This document shows positions 10,163 through 19,683 of a stretch of 64,000 nucleotides of DNA, piece after piece. Position numbers and translations under genes: made by a program. Position 1 is the stretch's first letter, and each line of letters starts with the position of its first letter. The stretch lies in IMG/VR virus record IMGVR_UViG_3300003690_003155, positions 58,092 through 122,091 of that record; one strand, written 5' to 3'. Source of the stretch: a virus. The notes below the pieces were generated by a model. That model was not told where the DNA came from, ran no database searches, and saw only the letters and a list, made by a program, of their open reading frames with translations.

Positions 10163-10943
10163 TTATTTGTAACTTAATAGTTTTAGGTTGTAATTTTTTA
10201 TATTGCTCATCCCATAAGTACTGGTATTTACCGCAATCTCTTGTCGTATGATAAGGTTTTATATGTTCATTATAATGTAAAATATAATCCTCGTGTTGTT
10301 CCATTAAATGACTATCCCGGCGATGATAAACATTAAATCTTGGCTCGAGATCTATATAATTTCCCTGGCAATATTCATTTATTATCCATTGATCATGCTT
10401 GTCGTCATTTTTCTTATGTAACTCTAAGCATGTTTGAGTAAATTTATTTTTTCGGAGCACCTCTAAATTCATCATTATAATTCCGCAGTTTCCTGACAGT
10501 TTTTTATTTTTATATTGCATAATGCTTATATTATCTACTACTTTATCTGAGGGACATGGTTTCAATGCAATACCGATATCTTTTGTATCCATTTTGTAAA
10601 TTTCTATTAAATCTAAATTTACAATTATATCAATATCTAAGTATAAAATTTTATCTTCATTAATAAGTTCCGGCATAAACAATCTTAACATTGTTGCTTC
10701 AGAGACATGATCTAATCCCGTATACTCACGACTCCATTTTTTAAAATACTCTTGAAATGAGAAATTATCAAAGTGTGAAATCCATTTATTTAAATTATCT
10801 ATTTTGTTTTTATTTTGTATATTATGAATAAGATGAACCGCGATTTCATGTTTTTTGTTTTTGTTTACAATTGAATTTATTACAACTGGTATAAATTCAA
10901 TTAATTTCTTATCACTACAAAAACAGATATTTATTTTACTCAT
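10155..10943 (-). CDS. Glycosyltransferase family 8
   Basis: LRLFMPEL, KILYLDIDII, NCGIIMMNL, HDQWIIN, ILHY..KP motifs. Confidence 0.85.
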   Translation of the reverse strand: MSKINICFCSDKKLIEFIPVVINSIVNKNKKHEIAVHLIHNIQNKNKIDNLNKWISHFDNFSFQEYFKKWSREYTGLDHVSEATMLRLFMPELINEDKILYLDIDIIVNLDLIEIYKMDTKDIGIALKPCPSDKVVDNISIMQYKNKKLSGNCGIIMMNLEVLRKNKFTQTCLELHKKNDDKHDQWIINEYCQGNYIDLEPRFNVYHRRDSHLMEQHEDYILHYNEHIKPYHTTRDCGKYQYLWDEQYKKLQPKTIKLQINE

Positions 10944-12051
10944 CTTGTTGGTCTAATATAGCAGTTTCATCTAATGATTTACCATATCGGTATTTTTCAT
11001 TTATAGATGATTCTATATTAGGTAAGATAGAATTCCACAGTTTTTCATCGTTGCGCCAATTTTTATAATATCCTAATTTTTTATCTCCCATGCTATATGT
11101 AGAACCGTTTTGTTGAATAATGCCATGAGCAACGGCTACCTCTTTTAAACCAGAATATTTTTCTAACCCGGTTTTAAAATTTAAATATGCTTCTGCTTGT
11201 AAAAACGCTGGTATGAATCTATTTTTTATAGTAAGCATTCGAAGAGTAACTCCTGAGTAATTTCTACTTTCTGTTAATGCTTCGTCGCTGTCATTTGAAG
11301 CATCAGTTCTTTCTTTCTTCGCTGCCATTTGGACTAATAAGGAGGCCATGTACATAGGACCCGAACCACCAGCTTGTTGCTTGACTAAGGTAGGATGGAG
11401 TGCACCAGGATCAGCATATGTGTGATTACTACATATAATAGTCGTACCAGTTACGGCAGCTTTAAATGTAATAATGCGCATCATGGATTTAAGCTGCTTA
11501 GCTCGGAGCCCCATGTCCATGGCTCCTTTATTAGCCTCAGCATCAGCAATTTCTTTTGATGATGCTAAATTTCCAAGAGAATCAATCGATATAATAAATT
11601 TTCCGTGAAGTTCTGGTTCTTCTTCAACCCCGTCTAAGAATGCAACGAGTTGATTACGACAGTTTTCAACAGTATCAACCGGAACATATTTTACATTTGA
11701 AACGTCAAGACCTACGTTTTCAGCTCCTTCTTTTTCAATAGCAATTTCAGTATCAAATATTACAGGAACCATTCCTTTTTCTTGAGCTTTAGCAAGAATT
11801 TTATTTAAAATAAAAGTTTTACCACATTGAGGCTCTCCAGCAAAAATTGTTATTCTTCCTTTTGGTACACCGCCATATAGTGAACCGGATAAAATTGAAT
11901 TTAATACTAAGCATCCGGTATCGATCCACTCAGTTACATTACTTAGCGTATTTTCTTCTAGAGTAGTTGCGTTTCTATTAAGCTTCTGTAATTTAGCAAA
12001 TGCTTTATCAACAAGAGTCTTATCGTACGCCTTTTCAGCATATTTTGACAT
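10936..12051 (-). CDS. uvsX: RecA-like recombinase UvsX
   Basis: IDTGCLVLN, GGVPKGRIT, GEPQCGKT Walker A, IDSLGNLAS, DMGLRAK. Confidence 0.92.
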   Translation of the reverse strand: MSKYAEKAYDKTLVDKAFAKLQKLNRNATTLEENTLSNVTEWIDTGCLVLNSILSGSLYGGVPKGRITIFAGEPQCGKTFILNKILAKAQEKGMVPVIFDTEIAIEKEGAENVGLDVSNVKYVPVDTVENCRNQLVAFLDGVEEEPELHGKFIISIDSLGNLASSKEIADAEANKGAMDMGLRAKQLKSMMRIITFKAAVTGTTIICSNHTYADPGALHPTLVKQQAGGSGPMYMASLLVQMAAKKERTDASNDSDEALTESRNYSGVTLRMLTIKNRFIPAFLQAEAYLNFKTGLEKYSGLKEVAVAHGIIQQNGSTYSMGDKKLGYYKNWRNDEKLWNSILPNIESSINEKYRYGKSLDETAILDQQDE

Positions 12052-12052
12052 A

Positions 12053-12412
12053 TTAGTCTTCGAATAATGTTACTTCAGGAATATTTTCTTCTAAGACTTC
12101 TACAGGAGGTTCTGGGTTTGGTTCTGAAACTACATTAACATTAATCTTACCAGTGTAATGCTCTAAGATTTTATCAGAAATGGTAACCTCAAGCTCGGTA
12201 TACTGATCATTAGTATAGTTAAAAATAGCAGGCTTGCCAGAAGAAAATTCAGTAAAGAATAGAGGCATAACATCTACTTTCATGTTTGACGCGTCATTGG
12301 GCGTTACCATGATCATTGCGGGAGATTTTACTCGCATATTTGATTCCGTCTTTTCAATTAATTCTCCGAAGCAAGTCCTACCAATGCTGTCAATATATGT
12401 GATAATATCCAT
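12053..12412 (-). CDS. Hypothetical protein
   Basis: 119 aa ORF with its own promoter-like element, acidic C-terminus. Confidence 0.7.
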   Translation of the reverse strand: MDIITYIDSIGRTCFGELIEKTESNMRVKSPAMIMVTPNDASNMKVDVMPLFFTEFSSGKPAIFNYTNDQYTELEVTISDKILEHYTGKINVNVVSEPNPEPPVEVLEENIPEVTLFED

Positions 12413-12418
12413 ATAAGT

Positions 12419-12446
12419 ATTATATTAACTATATTTTAATTTGCAA
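12419..12446 (-). promoter_or_regulatory. Sigma70-like promoter TTGCAA-N16-TATAAT, 6 nt before ATG
   Basis: Direct reading; same architecture recurs across the window. Confidence 0.6.
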
Positions 12447-15090
12447 GGTCAACTTTAAAGAAATCAAATAAATCTAAATTTACAGCTTGACCTGGTTTAA
12501 ATGTCTTCCAGTCCACGTTTTCATAGAAGCGATCAATAACGCTATAAACAATTTTGTCGAACATTTTTTCGTAGTCTACTTTAAAATCTTTTTCAAATTC
12601 TACTGGTAAGTTATATTTAAAACCCAGCGAGTTTAAACCAAACTTATTGGGCATAGTATAAAAATAACGTATTTTATCACCAGAGCTAATATTTTCATGT
12701 TTACTGGAAATATTATAATATTTTAAAAGGTTATTATAGTATATAGAAGACTTAACATGAATTGGAGTTCCTTTTTTTACTTTCCAATCTTTTGCGTAAA
12801 TACTGTATTTTTCGTAATCTCTTACTCCCATGACAAATGCAATGTCTTTTATGGGTAATGACTTAAAAATTTCATATGTCTCTTCAAAAATTTCATTTGT
12901 AGATTTTTGATTTTCAGTCATGATCATGTGTTCTATGATTTTTTTAACATATGGTTTGATTGCATTAGGCATTGTAGTTCTAACTACCTCAACACCAGTA
13001 TATTTGAATTTATTACATACAATTCCTTCGTCGTCTAATTTATGTAGTACGTATCGTTTTTTTTGTAAAAATACTCCCTTATCACAAATTGACTCTCTTT
13101 TAAAGATAAACCTAGGATCATTAGTTAGTAGTGTTTCTTTTGCCCATTTCTTAATATGCACGTTTAAATCGTCTTCTATATCTTGAACAAGATTATATAC
13201 CTCTTCGTTAATATTATTGTCCTTATGCAAGGATACCCCTATATGATCTAGTAAAGGAGTAATAGTACAATATAAGCTATCTGTATCGTTATATATGATT
13301 GGGTCGTTTTTTTCGAGGTTTTTATCGGTTAATCCGGTTTTCTTTTTAATATAATTTCTTAAAATAATATTACTCTGTTTTATGACATCTCTCCCAGTTA
13401 ATGTAATTGATCTTGCGATATCGCCATCAGCCATCGCCGAGTTTTTGTTACCAAAATACCCATAAATACGGTTGATAAGGATTTTTAACGTAAATTGCCC
13501 AATCCAAAATTGATCGATATTATATTGTGTGTCTGTAATTTCTTTCTCCAGTTTAATCTTATTGTCTTTATTTTTTTCTTTTTTAAGCTTAAGACATAAT
13601 TGGTGTTTTCTTTCACGAGCCATGGTCCATTGCTTCTTTTTCTTTGATCTTATTTTATAGAAGTGTTCTGTAATGCGTGGAAAAATTCCTTTGACTTTTT
13701 GTGAAAAAAGCTTTTTTGCTCTTGTGACTGCTATTTCATTTTTAGTACACCACGTGTTAAAATCCCCGTAAGACATCTCAATATCTTTGTTATTTACTGT
13801 CTTTATATATACTTTACCGTTATCAGTACCAATAATGCTTCCTACTTTAGTTTCCGGGCTTAAGTTAAGAGTTATCATGACACTAGGGTATAGGGAATTA
13901 GCATCAAATGATATAATATTCTTCTGAAACCCACGTTTTGGTTCACTTACATATGCACCTTCGTATTTCCCAGTACGGTCGTCATCTTTTATAAAAGTTG
14001 GAATAACACGAGGTGGGTTTGATTTTCTTGCTTCAACAATCGCACGACCGTTAACTGTACTAATAGTACCGAGAGCAGCGTTAAATGGTGTTAACCCTAT
14101 GTATGACAGCATTCTTGCTAGATCCATATACATAAGCTTAGCTTCAAGCTTTACTAACAGTCTCACATCTTGGATGTTATAGTCTACAAATTTGTCCCAG
14201 TTATCAATAGACAGTACCGCAAGGTTAGTTTCTCCTATATCTACCTTGTTCTCTCCTAGTTCTATGTGAGCTATGTTATCTAGCTTATAACTGTCTCTCA
14301 TGCCCAGACTGAAGGTTTTATACACATCGAGATAATCTAACATTGTTACACCTTCGACCACATATTTCGATGTTTGCTTACCAAAATTACCACGATACAC
14401 TCGTTGATAAATTGGCTTCATAATTTCATCATGAACAGGCGAAAACCGGCGCGTAGTATCTTCTCCTAGTACATTTCTAACTCGATTAATTACATACGGA
14501 ATATCAAAAACCTCACTAGCCCACCCAGATAAAATATCAGGCCGAACCTCACAATAAAAGTCTAAAAATTTCTGTAATAACTCGGTTTCGGTCTTACAAT
14601 AAACATATTTTACGTCGTTAGATTTTGGTTTATATTTGTTAATACCCCATGTAAAGTACATTTTTTCTACAGTATCGTAAACTGTAATTACGTTAATAGG
14701 ATGGCTTGCTTCATCTGGTTTTGGAAACTCATCAGGGGAATATGTTTCAATATCAAAGAACCAAATTTTTAGCGGAAATTTACTAAAATTATCATTTTCA
14801 TGAACCTCCCAAAACCTGTCAACTAAAAATTGTTGATACGGGGAAATATTCTCATAAATTTTATGATCACTAAGATCTTCAATTTTTCTTCTTCTATCTA
14901 ATTCACTATTAGAATTGATTCTGCGTAATTTTGTACCATATAATGATATTGCATCATGACGATTTGAATTTGTTTCACAATAGAAATATGGCTGATACGG
15001 GCAATCAGTTTCAATTCTGTTTCCGTCTTCATCCCATGTGTAAAGCCGCATTACACGCTGGTTTGGTATGTATGCTAAATTTCTATACAC
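12436..15090 (-). CDS. gp43: Family B DNA polymerase (T4 gp43-like)
   Basis: ExoI DIET, ExoIII YNIQD, DANSLYPS, KILINRIYG, YNDTDS, KKRY. Confidence 0.97.
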   Translation of the reverse strand: MYRNLAYIPNQRVMRLYTWDEDGNRIETDCPYQPYFYCETNSNRHDAISLYGTKLRRINSNSELDRRRKIEDLSDHKIYENISPYQQFLVDRFWEVHENDNFSKFPLKIWFFDIETYSPDEFPKPDEASHPINVITVYDTVEKMYFTWGINKYKPKSNDVKYVYCKTETELLQKFLDFYCEVRPDILSGWASEVFDIPYVINRVRNVLGEDTTRRFSPVHDEIMKPIYQRVYRGNFGKQTSKYVVEGVTMLDYLDVYKTFSLGMRDSYKLDNIAHIELGENKVDIGETNLAVLSIDNWDKFVDYNIQDVRLLVKLEAKLMYMDLARMLSYIGLTPFNAALGTISTVNGRAIVEARKSNPPRVIPTFIKDDDRTGKYEGAYVSEPKRGFQKNIISFDANSLYPSVMITLNLSPETKVGSIIGTDNGKVYIKTVNNKDIEMSYGDFNTWCTKNEIAVTRAKKLFSQKVKGIFPRITEHFYKIRSKKKKQWTMARERKHQLCLKLKKEKNKDNKIKLEKEITDTQYNIDQFWIGQFTLKILINRIYGYFGNKNSAMADGDIARSITLTGRDVIKQSNIILRNYIKKKTGLTDKNLEKNDPIIYNDTDSLYCTITPLLDHIGVSLHKDNNINEEVYNLVQDIEDDLNVHIKKWAKETLLTNDPRFIFKRESICDKGVFLQKKRYVLHKLDDEGIVCNKFKYTGVEVVRTTMPNAIKPYVKKIIEHMIMTENQKSTNEIFEETYEIFKSLPIKDIAFVMGVRDYEKYSIYAKDWKVKKGTPIHVKSSIYYNNLLKYYNISSKHENISSGDKIRYFYTMPNKFGLNSLGFKYNLPVEFEKDFKVDYEKMFDKIVYSVIDRFYENVDWKTFKPGQAVNLDLFDFFKVDLAN

Positions 15091-15096
15091 GCGCTT

Positions 15097-15125
15097 AGTA
15101 TAATGAAAATTAAGAAAAAAATCAA
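15097..15125 (-). promoter_or_regulatory. Sigma70-like promoter TTGATT-N17-TATACT, 6 nt before the polymerase GTG
   Basis: Direct reading of the reverse strand. Confidence 0.65.
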
Positions 15126-16354
15126 CTGATTTCGTTTTTTAGATTAATTAATTTTCGGCGTTTATCTCCATATGGGAATGAGTAAAGCTCAGTATAAAAA
15201 TCAATATTATCTTCCATCCATCTATTGTTCATATATCCACGAGCTCTCTTAACTTCTTTTATATATTTCTTATAATCCTTAGTTAAATATTCTATTTTAT
15301 TCACCAAATCATCTCCAGTTTTAAATTTATGAAATGCGGAATCATATGTACATAAATCCTGACAAATGCACGGAATTCCAAAGGCACAAGATTCAATAAA
15401 TTTTAAATTACTCTTAGCTTTATTAAAATTACTATCTTCTAACGGTGCATAAAAAATAGTCGGATTAAATTTAGTAATATATTCTGGATAATCGACAAGA
15501 CTTGTCCATGTCCAATATTCGATTTTTTTTGTCTGAACTAAATCTCTAAGAGATAGAGGGAATCCTCCTACAAAAACCCATGTAAATTTATCTACAGTTT
15601 TTCTTATTGTATCAATAATGTGATGGAAATCATCTCGTTGTCCGACTTTGTTATCAACGTCAAAATGCGCACCACTTCCGCAATAAACAATACGAGGCTT
15701 ACTTTTATATTTTTGATAATTTTCGCGTATAGTATTAAAATTAAAAAATCGGTCCATCCAAAATTTAGGAATAAAATTAGGTATTATTGTAACGTTTTTA
15801 TTACCAGTTTTCTCAATATAATATTCTTTCATGAATTTATTTGTAACAGTAATTTCGTCGCACATTTGCATAATCTCCATACTTGTTTTTCTGATGTTTG
15901 GATCATCAAAAGCAAATTTAAATTTATTATAATCAGGAATATCTTCTTTAAAAATTATATCGTCAATTTCATATATAATTTTAAAGTTAAGTTCTTTGGA
16001 TAATTCTTTTAACCATTTTATATAACTAAATTGAGCGTCTGTAGCTTGTCTCTGTATGCGAACTGTCTTGACCCCTCTATAAAAGTTTTTATCTCCTATC
16101 ATTACAGTACCGCCTTGTACATTTACCTTGTTACCATAACAATTAAGTAGTAATTCAGGCCATATCATCCTCCAATGACCACACCCAGAATAATCAGCAT
16201 AAAAATTTAAACCACGCGGTAAATCTGGCGCCTTATGACCAATCTCGCTCGTCGCTATTTGAGGCGGAGTAGGTAGAGCATTTACAAGAGGGTTACTTAT
16301 TGACACCGGTGAAAACGGTAATCGGTTTGTTGTATACTGAAACGGTGTAATCAT
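15122..16354 (-). CDS. Glycosyltransferase (GT-B/GT4-like)
   Basis: SGCGHWRMIWP, IYEIDD, APLEDSNFNKAKSNLKFIE motifs. Confidence 0.8.
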   Translation of the reverse strand: MITPFQYTTNRLPFSPVSISNPLVNALPTPPQIATSEIGHKAPDLPRGLNFYADYSGCGHWRMIWPELLLNCYGNKVNVQGGTVMIGDKNFYRGVKTVRIQRQATDAQFSYIKWLKELSKELNFKIIYEIDDIIFKEDIPDYNKFKFAFDDPNIRKTSMEIMQMCDEITVTNKFMKEYYIEKTGNKNVTIIPNFIPKFWMDRFFNFNTIRENYQKYKSKPRIVYCGSGAHFDVDNKVGQRDDFHHIIDTIRKTVDKFTWVFVGGFPLSLRDLVQTKKIEYWTWTSLVDYPEYITKFNPTIFYAPLEDSNFNKAKSNLKFIESCAFGIPCICQDLCTYDSAFHKFKTGDDLVNKIEYLTKDYKKYIKEVKRARGYMNNRWMEDNIDFYTELYSFPYGDKRRKLINLKNEIS

Positions 16355-16363
16355 TATAAAAAT

Positions 16364-18190
16364 TTATATTAAATTATTAGATAAGTCCACTCTATTAGTG
16401 ATACTATTCTTTTTTTCTAGAACTATAACTTCACCAGTTGCTGCTTTTACTGATTCCTTTCTATGTGAAATAATATATATACTTTCCTTATGTTGCTCGA
16501 CTCGCTCTTTAATTATATTCAATATTAACTCTACTCCCTTTTCATCTAAAGAAGTATCTAGTAGTTCATCAAATATTACCAAATTATACGCTATATCTCC
16601 CTGGAGCCTCCTCATATCCATAAATGTAAATAACATAGCGAGGTCTATACTTTTTCTCTCAGCACCAGAAAAGTTAAAATAAGAACATTCTTGATTTTTT
16701 TCATTTACTATTTCTTCTTCAAAATATTCATTAAACCTACAAATACAGTTAGCATCCATTTTTTGTAAATAATAAAGCAATTGATTATTTAGTACATCTA
16801 AAATCTTTTTTACTATAAAGGATTTAACGCCTTCTTCTGATAAAATATATTTTACTATTTCTAATATTTCTAAATCTGAATATATATTATTTGACAATTC
16901 CTCTAATTCATTGACTTCTTTTATTTTCGTTTTTATTTTAAAGTCTAAATCTGTTATTTCTATATTGGTTTCTTTTTTTTGCACTTCACATAGTTCTTTT
17001 TTATTTTTTTTAAGATCTTTTGTAAGGGTGCTAATATATGTTATTGTTAATTTATTATTATTGTGTACGGTTTTAATATTAGAAATATATTCATTAAGTT
17101 GACCTTCTGCTAATAAATTGATATTTCTTAAATCTAAAATACTTTTTTGCTGGTGATTAATACTTTCAATATCTTGATCACAGTTATTAATATCTTTTTT
17201 AATTTTATTTTTTTCTTTTTTAATATGTGTTCTATCATTATTAGTAATTTGATGTAGGCATGTAGGACAAACATTTTCATCAGTGCCAATATCAATAAGC
17301 TGTTTATTATAGAACTTTACTTCTGTTTGATGTTGAGTGATTTTAGTAGAATTAGAATCTAATTGTTTCTGTATTTCATTTAATTTAATTTTAATATGTT
17401 GTAGTTTATTTTTACTTTTACTGTACAGGTCCTTATTTATATCTTTTATTTTTTGTTTATTTCTTGTTATATCGTCATTGATAATTTCAAGTCGCTCTTT
17501 AATTTTATTTTTCTGTTCAGTAATATTACTTATAATTTTATTTTTTTGTTCTTCAAGAAGTTTATAGATATTACTTGCATGGTCAAAATCTTTCGTAATA
17601 TGTTCGTATTTTTTCTGGACATCGTTATATTCTGATCTAGCTTTTAAAAGCATATCAGAGAATATTTCTAAATTTAAAATACCCTCGATGAACTTTCTTT
17701 TTTCTACTTTCTTTTGTGCCATGAACGGTAAAGTAGAATTAAGAGACATTATTACACAGTTCTGAAAGACTTCTGGAGAGCTGTTAAGTATTAATTTTAT
17801 TTTTTTATTTGTATTAGGAATAGTACTCTCAGTAACATCAATATCATCAATAAATAAATAACACTTTGTTGGTTTTAGTTTACGTACTATTCTATAGTTT
17901 TTAATTTTATTATTTTCATTTATTGAAAATTGTAAATCAACATATGTATTTTTTTTATTTATATAATTTACGATGAACTCTTTTGATAATTCCCTTATTG
18001 TTTCTCCGAATATAGCAAAATGTATAGCATCAGCTATTGTAGATTTACCGACACCATTTCTTCTATCTTCTTTATCTCTGTTTATACCAGTAATAATATT
18101 TAAACCGGTTCGGAAATTAATTTCAATCGGTTCATTTCCGATAGAGAGAAAATTACAAATTTTTACACATTTAAAATTTACGTATTTCAT
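16364..18190 (-). CDS. gp46: Recombination endonuclease ATPase subunit (gp46, Rad50/SbcC-like)
   Basis: NFLSIGN, NGVGKST, CPTC zinc hook, FSGAE signature, FDELLD. Confidence 0.95.
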   Translation of the reverse strand: MKYVNFKCVKICNFLSIGNEPIEINFRTGLNIITGINRDKEDRRNGVGKSTIADAIHFAIFGETIRELSKEFIVNYINKKNTYVDLQFSINENNKIKNYRIVRKLKPTKCYLFIDDIDVTESTIPNTNKKIKLILNSSPEVFQNCVIMSLNSTLPFMAQKKVEKRKFIEGILNLEIFSDMLLKARSEYNDVQKKYEHITKDFDHASNIYKLLEEQKNKIISNITEQKNKIKERLEIINDDITRNKQKIKDINKDLYSKSKNKLQHIKIKLNEIQKQLDSNSTKITQHQTEVKFYNKQLIDIGTDENVCPTCLHQITNNDRTHIKKEKNKIKKDINNCDQDIESINHQQKSILDLRNINLLAEGQLNEYISNIKTVHNNNKLTITYISTLTKDLKKNKKELCEVQKKETNIEITDLDFKIKTKIKEVNELEELSNNIYSDLEILEIVKYILSEEGVKSFIVKKILDVLNNQLLYYLQKMDANCICRFNEYFEEEIVNEKNQECSYFNFSGAERKSIDLAMLFTFMDMRRLQGDIAYNLVIFDELLDTSLDEKGVELILNIIKERVEQHKESIYIISHRKESVKAATGEVIVLEKKNSITNRVDLSNNLI

Positions 18191-19230
18191 GTAAACTGAT
18201 TATATAAGCTTACTGTTTTCATTATTACCTTTTCTTTATTATCTATATCTAAAGATTCAACGTATTCTATAATACATTGCTTTATGTTTAAATCGCCAAG
18301 TTCATTTGTTAGCTGAATATTGTCTCCTATATTAAATTTATTTAAATAATCCGTCGTTAAGGAGAACGGAGATTCAAAATTTATTGATGCGATTATTTTA
18401 TCAAGCAAATTCGTTTTAATATCCTTATCTATAACGATTTTTATAGCGAGATTCGACCATCCTTTATGTTTCGCTATGTCTTTTAGCTTTTGAAGTTCGC
18501 TTAAATTAACTTTTACATGCATTGGAGATACATTATTTTCAATAAATTCATATTTTATATTTTTACCACTAAAATCCAATATATAATATCCTTTTTGATC
18601 TCCGATATCGTGAAAATCCATTTGAAACGGGTTGCCTGCATAAACTATTTCTCCGTTTGAATATTTTCGTCGTTGTCTTTTGTGAAAATGCCCCGAAAAA
18701 ATAAGCTTAGACTTTAAAAGTAGGTCGCAAGACTCGAATCCGAACTCACAAATCTTAAAACTATTAAAATTAAAATTTTGAACTTCAAAATGTCCTATTA
18801 ATAGGTCACAAGTTGGTATATTTTTAACAGGTGTTCCCCATGGACAAAAGCCAACCTCTTTATTATAGATTGTCTGTATGGTAGGTTTATCGATAATTGT
18901 AATATTTTTTCTGTTGTTTAATATTGACAACGAATGTACAGTAGAGTTATCTTTATAATAAGCATCATGATTACCAGGAATCATGGTTATTTCAAAATCT
19001 TTAAATAAGTCTAATAAGTTATTTGCAAAATGAAGAGATTTTACGTTTATTTCGTCTCGATAGTGAAAAAAGTCTCCCCCAAAAATTAATTCTGTAATTT
19101 TTTGTGATTTTAATTGGCTCGTAAACCACTTGGCCCATGAAAGAGTAACATCGTGCCATTTTTCACTATTTTGATGTATACCTATATGTAGATCGGAAAA
19201 AAATCCGATTCTTTTGCTATTTAAAGACAT
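18187..19230 (-). CDS. gp47: Recombination nuclease subunit (gp47, Mre11/SbcD-like)
   Basis: SDLHIG, GGDFFH, PGNHD, SGHFH. Confidence 0.95.
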   Translation of the reverse strand: MSLNSKRIGFFSDLHIGIHQNSEKWHDVTLSWAKWFTSQLKSQKITELIFGGDFFHYRDEINVKSLHFANNLLDLFKDFEITMIPGNHDAYYKDNSTVHSLSILNNRKNITIIDKPTIQTIYNKEVGFCPWGTPVKNIPTCDLLIGHFEVQNFNFNSFKICEFGFESCDLLLKSKLIFSGHFHKRQRRKYSNGEIVYAGNPFQMDFHDIGDQKGYYILDFSGKNIKYEFIENNVSPMHVKVNLSELQKLKDIAKHKGWSNLAIKIVIDKDIKTNLLDKIIASINFESPFSLTTDYLNKFNIGDNIQLTNELGDLNIKQCIIEYVESLDIDNKEKVIMKTVSLYNQFT

Positions 19231-19683
19231 TTATGTATATAATTCTTGGTCGTAGTCCTTATTAGGAGCCTTATTAGAAGCATCCTCCTGACTTACTAGT
19301 TCTCCATAAACTTGTTGTTGATAGTCGGTAATTGTTTGTCGATATTTTTTTTCTTTTTTTATTCTATTAATAAATGCATGATAGGCAATTGTCGTAAAAT
19401 AAGAAAATGGGTTTGAAGGAGAGTCAATTCTAAATTTTTTATTCTTTACGGCCGCAACCATTTTTACTACTGCGTCGCCAATCATGTCATCTTTATAGCT
19501 ATAATTTATAAAGTTCGGCGAATAGCTTAATCCAACTGCAATTTTATAAACTGATGTAGCTAGATCATCTATTAAATCGTCTGTTACATAATAGTCTTTT
19601 AAGTGTTGTAAGAAATCTTTTGGATTAACGTAGTAAGTTTTTTTATTAGGTTTTTTTGATTTTTTTATTATTCTGGGCTTCAT
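19231..19683 (-). CDS. gp55: Late transcription sigma factor (gp55)
   Basis: YYVN, PNFINYSYKDDMIGDA, NPFSYFTTIAYHAFINRIKKEKK. Confidence 0.92.
   Translation of the reverse strand: MKPRIIKKSKKPNKKTYYVNPKDFLQHLKDYYVTDDLIDDLATSVYKIAVGLSYSPNFINYSYKDDMIGDAVVKMVAAVKNKKFRIDSPSNPFSYFTTIAYHAFINRIKKEKKYRQTITDYQQQVYGELVSQEDASNKAPNKDYDQELYT

Noticed and set aside
12436-15090. Intein or intron in the polymerase or other core genes
   Set aside because: Lengths are normal, motifs are contiguous, no splicing or homing-endonuclease motifs seen
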